Below are positions 56,804 through 64,000 of a stretch of DNA of 64,000 nt, piece after piece (position 1 is the first letter of the stretch; each line of letters starts with the position of its first letter). The stretch is from an uncultured Bacilli bacterium (lineage in GTDB: Bacteria; Bacillota_I; Bacilli_A; RF39; UBA660), in assembly GCA_944331955.1 (NCBI GenBank), contig CALVIY010000001.1, forward strand, positions 22,013-86,012, written 5' to 3'. The notes under the pieces were generated by a model. The model searched no databases, had not been told where the DNA came from, and worked only from the letters and a program-made list of their open reading frames with translations. The position numbers and the translations under genes are program-made.

Positions 56804-58821
56804 TCATCGGGTTGTTCTGGTTCTTCTACTATATCATTGTCTTCTGGAGGAACAACTGGTTCTGTAGGATCAACAGGTACTTCAGGTTCTGTTGGTACTT
56901 CATCTGGTTCTTCAGGTTCAGTGTTCGATGTTGGTGGTTTAGTAGTTGTAGTATTATTGCTACTATCATCTTCAGGTTCAGTAGAACTAGTTCCACCTGA
57001 TAATGTTAATACAACGCTACCACTTATTAAATCTATTCTCTTATTAGCAGGAAGACTTTGACTAACTACATATCCACTGTTTCCTTTAAATGTAACTCTT
57101 ATTCCATGAGCATTTGCATAACTTTCTGCTTGACTCATACTATCTCCAGTAAAGTCAGGTAATAAATCATAGGTAAATGCTGTTTTGTAAGGCCCTGTTC
57201 CTGTTACAGTTTTCTCATAATCTTCATCATTGATAGAGAAGGAGAACTCTTTAATCATGTCAGGCTCTTTCTCACCAAGATTTATTTTCATTGCATTTAT
57301 AATATCATCACGACTCTTAGTATTAGGAACATAATCCCATAAAACTAATCTACTTCTCTCATCATATATCATTTGACCAGTACCATCTAAATATAATTGT
57401 TCAATATTAATAAGATCAGCATCATCTTTTTGTAAAGAATTATTCATAATATCTTTTGCAATATCATAGAAAGATAATATTTGTTGTTCTGTAAAGTTAG
57501 TATCAAGATTATTTGTAACAGTATTTAATACATCCATAACTTGATTAATACTTTTCATATCTTTAACTTTATTTAATATTCCTTGAATAACTAATTGTTG
57601 ATTTAGTCCTCTATCTAAGTCTCCTCCAGTTAGTTGTTTTCTATTTCTTGCAAGTACTAAAGCTTGTTCTCCATTTAGAGTTTGAACTCCTGCATTTATA
57701 CAAACTTCTCCTTCACGATTAGAGTTATCTGTACATAAGTCTTGAGGAACTTCAACAGTAATACCACCTAATGTATCTACTAAACTAACTAATCCTTTAA
57801 AATTAATCTTAGCATAATAATCAATAGTAACATCAAAATAATTTTCAATAGTATCCATCATACAATCAGTACCGTATGCTGCAGCATGTGTTATTTTATT
57901 TTCAGGTGTACCACTCCAACAAGCGATTGGCACATAACTATCTCTTGGAATACTTAACATTGTAGCATTTAAAGTATTAGGATTAAAAGTAACTAATATT
58001 AGACTATCACCATTTGCTACAGTGTTTTTAGATAAACCTTCTTCAGCAGAGTCAACTCCCATTAAAAGAATTGTAAATGGATCTGTTACAGATTTACCAG
58101 CAGATGAACTTCTACTACTATTACTAGCTTTTTTCATTTCTTTTTCTTGAGTTAGAATAACTTTTGTATCATCAGTAATATTTTGATATGTTTCTATACT
58201 AGTAAACATTGAAGGATAATCAGTTGGAACAAAGATTGAATCAACTTCACCATCATATAAATCTGCCATAGCTGAAAAATAATCATCATATTCAACTATT
58301 TCATTTTCATCTTTTAACTTATTTTCATCAATAACTTCATTTGGAATAATGTTTCCTTCTGGAGATGTTTCATCAGAAAGTATTCCTATTTTATTATCTT
58401 TTAAATCTTTAACGTCTTCTATTTCACTACTACTTGGTACAATTAAACTACTAGAGTAGGTAACAGTATCTCTATTAATACTAGAGATAGTTCCATAAGT
58501 ATACATTATTAAACCACTTATGGCACAGTTTATAATTAGATAAAGTATTAAAAAGAATGTTAATAATCTAGCTTTTTTCTCTTTATTACGTCTTTTAGAT
58601 CTAACTTTAAAAATAATTATTATATCTAATATTACGAATATACCAATTATTATATATCTAATTACTTCTTCTATCGGTCCTAATAATAGGATATTATAGA
58701 TAGCGAAAAGGTTAGATATTATAACAATAAGACTCAGTATTAAAAGCCAAAGACGGCATTTTTTCTTCTTTTCTTTTTTTTCTTTATTCTCTTTATTCTT
58801 TCTCATTAATTTACCCTCCAT
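56800..58821 (-). CDS. LCP (LytR-CpsA-Psr) family wall-polymer ligase with a PASTA-like domain and an acidic Pro/Thr/Glu-rich tail
   Basis: N-terminal TM helices, ILLMGVDS, LSIPRDSYV, NKITHAAAYG, RNRKQL..GDLDRG. The C-terminus has GIRVTFKGNSGYVVSQS and then TEPE/PEEP-rich sequence. Confidence 0.82.
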   Translation of the reverse strand: MEGKLMRKNKENKEKKEKKKKCRLWLLILSLIVIISNLFAIYNILLLGPIEEVIRYIIIGIFVILDIIIIFKVRSKRRNKEKKARLLTFFLILYLIINCAISGLIMYTYGTISSINRDTVTYSSSLIVPSSSEIEDVKDLKDNKIGILSDETSPEGNIIPNEVIDENKLKDENEIVEYDDYFSAMADLYDGEVDSIFVPTDYPSMFTSIETYQNITDDTKVILTQEKEMKKASNSSRSSSAGKSVTDPFTILLMGVDSAEEGLSKNTVANGDSLILVTFNPNTLNATMLSIPRDSYVPIACWSGTPENKITHAAAYGTDCMMDTIENYFDVTIDYYAKINFKGLVSLVDTLGGITVEVPQDLCTDNSNREGEVCINAGVQTLNGEQALVLARNRKQLTGGDLDRGLNQQLVIQGILNKVKDMKSINQVMDVLNTVTNNLDTNFTEQQILSFYDIAKDIMNNSLQKDDADLINIEQLYLDGTGQMIYDERSRLVLWDYVPNTKSRDDIINAMKINLGEKEPDMIKEFSFSINDEDYEKTVTGTGPYKTAFTYDLLPDFTGDSMSQAESYANAHGIRVTFKGNSGYVVSQSLPANKRIDLISGSVVLTLSGGTSSTEPEDDSSNNTTTTKPPTSNTEPEEPDEVPTEPEVPVDPTEPVVPPEDNDIVEEPEQPDE

Positions 58822-59108
58822 GTCTAAAACATAAAACTATACCCTATAATTATAGACTATATTTAACTCTATTTCAACTCTCGTCTTTTTGTTTGTATTG
58901 TAAAGTTTACGTTTTATCATTTCTTTTTTCAGTAATTTGTCTTCTTTTCTGTTATAATGTAACTAGTGTATGAAGATATTGTTTTATAGATATGCTCTAT
59001 AAATAGTATATCTTATATGTTTGATAGTATTATTAATAATAATTTTCTTAATAGTATTACATAATAAAAATAATGATGATTATAACAAGAAAGATTAGGA
59101 GTGTAACT

Positions 59109-59747
59109 ATGGGAGTAAAACATAAAAATAGACATTTAGGAATTATGATATTAGTGGGATTTTTATTAATAATTGGAGGGATTATTTCTTATATAGTTAT
59201 TAATTATAATAATGATCAAGCGGAAGTTAAAAGACGAATGGAAGAGGTTAGAAGTTCTTATAAAACATTTAGGAGTGATGTTAGTTCTTTTAATAGTATT
59301 AGAGATAATATTTATACAGAAATAATGGAAAAAGATATTTATTATCAAACTTTAAAAGATAATGATACCAAGTTTAAAGAATTATATAAAAGTTATAGTG
59401 ATAGTTTAGAGAAAATAGATGAAGATTATAAGAAAATAGAATCTAGTTGTATTAATGTTTTACATCCTGATGCAGATGTTAATAATAAGTGTGAAGCGAT
59501 TGTTTCAGGATATGAAGAAGTTGTTAATACTTATATTAGTGATGTTAATAGTTATAATAGTTTAATTGCATCTTATAATAAATGGTTAAGTGATAATAAT
59601 AGTAGTGATTCTAAGTTAGAAGAGATAATATTAGATAGAGATTATTTAGATATAAATGGTGATAGAGAGTATAATGGTAAGAAAGATATAGAAACAGAGA
59701 TAAGTAGTGATAATTTAGAAAGTACTGGAGTTGAACCTGATGAGTAA
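59109..59747 (+). CDS. Membrane-anchored coiled-coil protein, function unknown
   Basis: A single TM (LGIMILVGFLLIIGGIISYIVI) then a helical, charged domain. The ATG at 59109 follows AGGAG. Confidence 0.6.
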   Translation: MGVKHKNRHLGIMILVGFLLIIGGIISYIVINYNNDQAEVKRRMEEVRSSYKTFRSDVSSFNSIRDNIYTEIMEKDIYYQTLKDNDTKFKELYKSYSDSLEKIDEDYKKIESSCINVLHPDADVNNKCEAIVSGYEEVVNTYISDVNSYNSLIASYNKWLSDNNSSDSKLEEIILDRDYLDINGDREYNGKKDIETEISSDNLESTGVEPDE

Positions 59748-60825
59748 GAAAGATTTAGATAAGACAATTTTGATGCCTAGTATTCTTGATGAGATAAAAA
59801 AAGAAAAAAGAAAAGAGAAGAAGATAATTACAAAAATTATAATTGCTATTTTTATAATAGGAAGTTCTTTTTCTTTATTTCTTTTTTATGGACCAATAGA
59901 TGGTTTTCGTAATTTTTGGATAACTTCAGCGATGACTTCTATGTCTCATCAATACCTTGCTAGATGGTTTTATAATGATGATGTTATTAATGAAGTACTT
60001 GCTAATAATCATATAATTGAAGTAGATGAGAATACTAATCCTGATTTAATTAATTTTAAAGATTATGATACTGATAAAAAGATATATGAAAATGAATATG
60101 AGAAAGAGATTTTAACAAAAGATCCTGGTAATGACTTATATAAAGTTATTGAAGTTAGTGGTAGTGGTTATCAGGGGTATTTAGTAGCGATATATGATCC
60201 ATCAAGGGTTTCAATTGCGACAACTAATTACTTAGGTAAAAGGGGAGAAGCGATTACAACGGTTGCAAAGAGGGAAAATGCTGTTATTGCAATGAATGCT
60301 GGTGGCTTTTATGATCCTGATTGGAATAGTAATGGGGCGCTACCTCATGGTACTGTTATTAAAAATGGTGAGATTGTAAGTGATTATGATGATGCTGCTA
60401 TGGGTGGAGGTTTCGTTGGATTTACTAAAGATGATAAACTAGTACTTGGTAAAATGACTAAAGAAGAAGCGCTTGAAATGGGAATGAGAGATGCTGTTGA
60501 GTTTGGGCCTTTCTTAATAGTTAATGGAAAGAGTAGTTTTGTTAAAGGTAATGGTGGTTGGGGTATTGCACCTCGTACTGCTATTGGTCAAAGAGAAGAT
60601 GGTATAGTCTTATTCTTAGTAATTAATGGGCGTCTTGCCACATCTATTGGTGCAGATATGGGGGACTTAACTGAGATAATGGAAAACTATGGTGCTGTTA
60701 ATGCTGCTAATATGGATGGTGGAAGTTCTAGTGCTTTAGTTATAAATAATGAAATTATTAATACACCAGTTGCAGGTGGTGACAATGGTCTTAGAGATAT
60801 ACCAACATTTTGGATAGTTAAGTAA
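59740..60825 (+). CDS. Phosphodiester glycosidase family protein (NAGPA/DUF2233-like), membrane-anchored
   Basis: AMNAGGFYD, GPFLIVNGK, PRTAIGQ, ANMDGGSSSAL motifs. Confidence 0.7.
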   Translation: MSKKDLDKTILMPSILDEIKKEKRKEKKIITKIIIAIFIIGSSFSLFLFYGPIDGFRNFWITSAMTSMSHQYLARWFYNDDVINEVLANNHIIEVDENTNPDLINFKDYDTDKKIYENEYEKEILTKDPGNDLYKVIEVSGSGYQGYLVAIYDPSRVSIATTNYLGKRGEAITTVAKRENAVIAMNAGGFYDPDWNSNGALPHGTVIKNGEIVSDYDDAAMGGGFVGFTKDDKLVLGKMTKEEALEMGMRDAVEFGPFLIVNGKSSFVKGNGGWGIAPRTAIGQREDGIVLFLVINGRLATSIGADMGDLTEIMENYGAVNAANMDGGSSSALVINNEIINTPVAGGDNGLRDIPTFWIVK

Positions 60826-60840
60826 ATTAACTATTTTCTT

Positions 60841-60928
60841 GCAAGGATGGCGGAATAGGTAGACGCGCTACTTTGAGGGGGTAGTAGTTTATAAAACTGT
60901 GGGAGTTCGAGTCTCCTTCCTTGCACCA
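60841..60928 (+). tRNA. tRNA-Leu (anticodon GAG), class II, CCA encoded
   Basis: Acceptor GCAAGGA/TCCTTGC; anticodon stem CTACT/GGTAG with loop TTGAGGG; long variable arm AGTTT-ATA-AAACT; T arm GGGAG-TTCGAGT-CTCCT; 3' ACCA. Confidence 0.88.
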
Positions 60929-61068
60929 ATTTATAACCTAAATAAAGAACATTAGTGTCTTGGGTGTTTTGGCAAAAATAATATTATACATTTGTAAAAA
61001 TATATGTTAATATATACATAAAAATGAAATGAACATAATGTTATCTGTAAATTCAGGAGATGATGATA

Positions 61069-61611
61069 ATGGATGATATTTCAAGAAAAATTAAAAAAAT
61101 TGATGAGAAGGATATAGATAATGATTGCATTGCTTTTTTAGATAGAATTATAGAAGATTATAAAGTATTTGATGATATGTTAAAATCAGTTACAACTAAT
61201 ACCAGAAATAATTCTTTTAGTAATGATTCAGATAAATTTGTATCTGATTGTTTAAGCCTTATAGAATATATTAAAAGCTGTATTGAAAATGAAAAATTTT
61301 CTATTTTGTATATGATACGTCAAGGAAATGTTATTGAATATGGCCAAAAAAATCATGGTGTAAAAATAGATAAATATATTATTAATATGATAAGTGATAA
61401 CAACTTAATATTAATATATAAATTATTACAGAGAGAATTTTCATCGCAATTTTGTGATGGGTATAAGCATACCTTCGGTATAGGATATTCTTTAAATCCA
61501 ACTATTGGTGATAATGTAGTAATAGATGTTGATAGTGATAATGTTAATGATAGGAATTGGTTTTATGAGGAATCTCATAAAGAACAAAAAAGTAAAATGT
61601 CCAAAAAATAA
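61069..61611 (+). CDS. Hypothetical protein
   Basis: About 180 aa with no recognised motifs. The third ATG (61069) has the best spacing from AGGAG. Confidence 0.5.
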   Translation: MDDISRKIKKIDEKDIDNDCIAFLDRIIEDYKVFDDMLKSVTTNTRNNSFSNDSDKFVSDCLSLIEYIKSCIENEKFSILYMIRQGNVIEYGQKNHGVKIDKYIINMISDNNLILIYKLLQREFSSQFCDGYKHTFGIGYSLNPTIGDNVVIDVDSDNVNDRNWFYEESHKEQKSKMSKK

Positions 61612-61696
61612 AAAGTTAATCAACTTACTGTATGATTTTACCAGCTATAGTGTAATTACAAGTGAATGACGATGGTGTATCTTTCGATGCCATCTA

Positions 61697-61728
61697 AGCA
61701 AGTTAGGCGTTTCTAGCTTGCTTTTTTG
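61697..61728 (+). terminator. Rho-independent terminator
   Basis: AAGCAAG / CTTGCTT stem followed by TTTT. Confidence 0.6.
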
Positions 61729-61802
61729 AACTTTCTATTTGAAAATAAAAAAGTAATATATTAACTGGTTATTATATGGTAAAATAATATTAAAGTTTTG
61801 AT

Positions 61803-61826
61803 ATTCTTCAGACGCGTCTGAAGAAT
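61803..61826. promoter_or_regulatory. Perfect 24-bp palindrome with a GC core, directly upstream of the RBS of 61843
   Basis: ATTCTTCAGACG|CGTCTGAAGAAT. Confidence 0.5.
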
Positions 61827-61842
61827 TTAGAAAGGAGCAATT

Positions 61843-62850
61843 ATGTTAGAAAAAAATAATTCACTTGTCTTAGAAATTAGTGCTATGGTAAATGAAGTAA
61901 AATCAAATTTAGCAAAAGAAATTAATAAATCAATAACTTATGTATATTGGAATATAGGAAGAATTATTGTTAAACATGAAAACGAAGATAATAATCGATT
62001 AGAGTATGGTAAAGAAGTTTTAAAAGAATTATCTAAAGAATTAACAAAACTTCTAGGTAAAGGCTATTCACTTACTAATTTAACCTATATGAGATGGTTT
62101 TATAACGTATATCCTGATTATGGTATGGTAAACGAATCATTAAGTTGGTCACATTATGTTGAACTAATAACAATTAAAGATGATGCAAAAAGAAACTTTT
62201 ATGAAAAAGAATGTATTAATTCTAATTGGTCTGTTAGAGAATTACAAAGACAATTAGATACATCTTTATTTGAAAGATTGCTTCTTTCAGATGGAAAAAA
62301 TAACAAGGAAAAAGTGTTAGAACTATCAAAAAAAGGTCAAGTGGTAAATAATCCAAGTGATATTATAAAAGAACCTTATGTTTTTGAATTTCTTGGGATA
62401 AAAGAACCTAAACCACTTTTAGAAAAAGATTTAGAATATAAATTAATTAGACATATAGAAGATTTTTTACTTGAGTTAGGCAAAGGTTTTATGTTTGTTG
62501 GAAGTCAACAAAGAATAACGCTTAACAATACTGATTATTATGTTGATATGGTATTTTATAATAAGTTTCTTAAATCTTATGTTTTAATTGATTTAAAAAT
62601 GAATAAATTAAAAGCAGAAAATTTAGGACAAATGAATATGTATCTAAATTATTATGAAAAAGTAGTAAATAGTGAGGATGATGGAAAACCAATAGGTATT
62701 ATATTATGTGCCGAAAAAGATAAAGTTGCTTTAGAATATGCTTTAGGTGGTTTATCTAATAATATTTTTGCGTCAACTTATACTTATTATATTCCTAATA
62801 AAGAACAATTAATTAGGGAAGTTGAAAAGGTTTTAAAAGAAAATGAGTAA
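61843..62850 (+). CDS. YhcG/DUF1016-family PD-(D/E)xK nuclease-fold protein
   Basis: YWNIGRII, YGKEVLKELSKEL, LSWSHY, WSVRELQRQL, EKDLEYKLIRHIEDFLLELGKGFMFVGSQQRI, YYVDMVFYN, VLIDLKMNKL, GQMNMYLNYY. Confidence 0.85.
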   Translation: MLEKNNSLVLEISAMVNEVKSNLAKEINKSITYVYWNIGRIIVKHENEDNNRLEYGKEVLKELSKELTKLLGKGYSLTNLTYMRWFYNVYPDYGMVNESLSWSHYVELITIKDDAKRNFYEKECINSNWSVRELQRQLDTSLFERLLLSDGKNNKEKVLELSKKGQVVNNPSDIIKEPYVFEFLGIKEPKPLLEKDLEYKLIRHIEDFLLELGKGFMFVGSQQRITLNNTDYYVDMVFYNKFLKSYVLIDLKMNKLKAENLGQMNMYLNYYEKVVNSEDDGKPIGIILCAEKDKVALEYALGGLSNNIFASTYTYYIPNKEQLIREVEKVLKENE

Positions 62851-62934
62851 AATTTGTAATAATATTATGTTAATTTTAAATTTTTTAGTTACCGAAAAGT
62901 TGCTGAAAAGTGGTCGGATGGATGAAAAATAAAT

Positions 62935-63010
62935 TTTACAAAAGCGTTTATTTTTGGTATAATTTGCTAGTGAGCACTGGAAAGGACTAAGGTCTTCCAG
63001 TCTTTTTTTT
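62935..63010 (+). ncRNA. Candidate ~40-nt transcription unit: extended -10 promoter immediately followed by an intrinsic terminator
   Basis: TTTACA (62935-62940), 17-nt spacer with TG, TATAAT (62958-62963). Then hairpin ACTGGAA (62976-62982) / TTCCAGT (62995-63001) followed by T8 (63003-63010). Confidence 0.35.
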
Positions 63011-63025
63011 GTTAATTTTTTCCAA

Positions 63026-63059
63026 TTGACTAAAACCACTTTCCACGAATAAATGTTCG
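63026..63059 (+). promoter_or_regulatory. Promoter with an overlapping LexA (Cheo-box-like) site for the Y-family polymerase gene
   Basis: TTGACT (63026-63031), 17-nt spacer, ATAAAT (63049-63054). CGAATAAATGTTCG (63046-63059) matches CGAAC-N4-GTTCG with one mismatch. Confidence 0.55.
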
Positions 63060-63084
63060 TGATAAAATAATGGTGGTGAGTTAA

Positions 63085-64000
63085 ATGGAAAAGGTATATA
63101 GTTGTATTGATTTAAAGAGTTTTTATGCATCTGTTGAATGTGTAGAAAGAGGACTTAATCCTTTAAAAACTAATCTTGTTGTTGCCGATAAATCTAGAAC
63201 AGAGAAGACAATATGTTTAGCAGTAAGCCCTTCATTAAAACAGTATGGTATAGGTGGAAGAGCAAGACTTTTTGAAGTGTTAAGTAAAGTTAAAGAGATA
63301 AATAAGATAAGAAGAAAAGATAATGGTTATAAAAAGTTTACAGGTAAATCTGTTAATGATGATATTTTAAAGAAAGATAAGACTAAAGAATTAGATTTAA
63401 TCATCGCTCCTCCTAGAATGGCTCATTATATTGATTATTCTGCTAATATTTATAACATCTATTTAAAATACATTGCTAAAGAAGATATATTTGTTTATTC
63501 TATTGATGAAGTCTTTATTGATATAACTAATTACTTAAAATACTATAACTTATCTCCTAAAGACTTAATTACAAAAATAATTAAAGATGTTTATGATACT
63601 ACTGGTATTACGGCGACAGGGGGAATTGGTACTAACTTATTTCTTGCTAAAGTTGCTATGGATGTAGTTGCAAAACATACTACACCCAATGAGTTTGGAG
63701 TAAGAATTGCAGAACTTAATGAAATGTCTTATAAAAAAAAATTATGGAATCATGTGCCTATTACAGATATTTGGAGAGTAGGTAGGGGTATTTCTAAAAG
63801 ACTAGAGAAGTATGGTATTTATACAATGGGTGATATTGCAAGATGTTCTATTAATAATGAAGATTTACTATATAAACTATTTGGTGTTAATGCTGAACTT
63901 TTAATAGACCATGCTTGGGGATGGGAACCTTGTACAATAGAATCTATAAAAAACTATAAACCATTTGCCAAAAGTGTAAGTAGTGGTCAGGTTTTACAAT
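63085..64000 (+). CDS. Y-family (UmuC/DinB-like) translesion DNA polymerase, 3' end beyond the window
   Basis: SD GGTGGTGAG; MEKVYSCIDLKSFYASVECVERGLNPLKTNLVVAD, SIDEVFIDIT, GGIGTNLFLAKVAMD, ITDIWRVGRG motifs. Open to the window edge and absent from the ORF track. Confidence 0.85.
   Translation, partial: MEKVYSCIDLKSFYASVECVERGLNPLKTNLVVADKSRTEKTICLAVSPSLKQYGIGGRARLFEVLSKVKEINKIRRKDNGYKKFTGKSVNDDILKKDKTKELDLIIAPPRMAHYIDYSANIYNIYLKYIAKEDIFVYSIDEVFIDITNYLKYYNLSPKDLITKIIKDVYDTTGITATGGIGTNLFLAKVAMDVVAKHTTPNEFGVRIAELNEMSYKKKLWNHVPITDIWRVGRGISKRLEKYGIYTMGDIARCSINNEDLLYKLFGVNAELLIDHAWGWEPCTIESIKNYKPFAKSVSSGQVLQ

Noticed and set aside
56788-57061. Two + strand ORFs (70 and 74 aa; Gly/Ser/Thr-rich or Phe/Trp/Arg-rich).
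   Set aside because: They are antisense to the Pro/Thr/Glu-rich C-terminal tail of the LCP gene. The repetitive composition of that tail keeps the opposite strand open.
570-59348. Short ORFs of 60-97 aa from the six-frame track, lying antisense to or out of frame within long genes: 570-755, 1699-1884, 2771-2962, 4202-4384, 6307-6498, 6392-6598, 13039-13257, 16116-16334, 17049-17342, 21049-21255, 25289-25480, 28113-28346, 34685-34915, 39890-40081, 49237-49428, 50443-50634, 59166-59348.
   Set aside because: All are embedded in well-supported longer CDSs. They have low-complexity Ile/Leu/Phe/Tyr-rich translations typical of off-frame reading of AT-rich DNA, and they lack SD sequences.
60929-61842. 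Search for an att-type direct repeat of the tRNA-Leu 3' end, or an integrase, to call a mobile element.
   Set aside because: Neither was found within the window, so no mobile_element feature is asserted. The region is reported only as an accessory patch.
62833-63039. 68-aa minus-strand ORF in the DUF1016 / polymerase intergenic region.
   Set aside because: It has no RBS, it spans a + strand promoter and terminator, and its sequence is not protein-like.
1-64000. Mollicutes-type genetic code (UGA read as Trp), considered because of the very low GC content.
   Set aside because: TGA terminates well-supported genes, for example the ABC ATPase at 23602-23604 and the GT2 at 34622-34624. No conserved protein requires read-through of TGA.

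Overview
AT-rich (about 27-30% GC by eye) chromosomal segment from a low-GC Gram-positive bacterium. It looks Bacillota, Erysipelotrichia- or Clostridia-like, but the taxon cannot be fixed from sequence alone. The standard code applies, since TGA is used as a stop. Almost every gene is on the + strand. Housekeeping genes (htpG, an LtaS-family gene, pyrH, ppdK, ldh, ylbJ/ylbL-like genes, an LCP ligase, tRNA-Leu) frame a roughly 33 kb cell-wall glycopolymer locus at about 9.7-43 kb. That locus contains split dTDP-rhamnose genes (rfbB at 10.6 kb, rfbACD at 40.6-42.9 kb), many GT2/GT4/GT9 glycosyltransferases, a Wzm/Wzt-type ABC exporter and a GacIJKL-like side-chain module. It also contains a GtrA/GtrB-type module, a complete ADP-heptose pathway, UDP-GlcA/GalA genes, an opine-synthase-like plus ATP-grasp pair, and a repeat-rich GH25 muramidase. 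The most interesting accessory item is a compact type III (ToxIN/AbiQ-like) toxin-antitoxin cassette at 8.9-9.7 kb. It has an unusually long 50-nt tandem RNA repeat showing a compensatory base-pair change. Other items worth a second look: a G9 tract inside a leader uORF upstream of a large secreted protein with a TasA/SipW-like signal peptide, whose paralog lies at the left edge; an orphan type IV pilus-like ATPase with two prepilins; and near-identical terminator hairpins bracketing two gene cassettes. There is also a HIRAN gene flanked by a duplicated gene 3' end, a possibly frameshifted LtaS gene, and an accessory patch downstream of tRNA-Leu with a LexA-box Y-family polymerase. No rRNA genes, CRISPR arrays, transposases or integrases were seen. 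All protein calls rest on motif recognition by eye. No database search was run.
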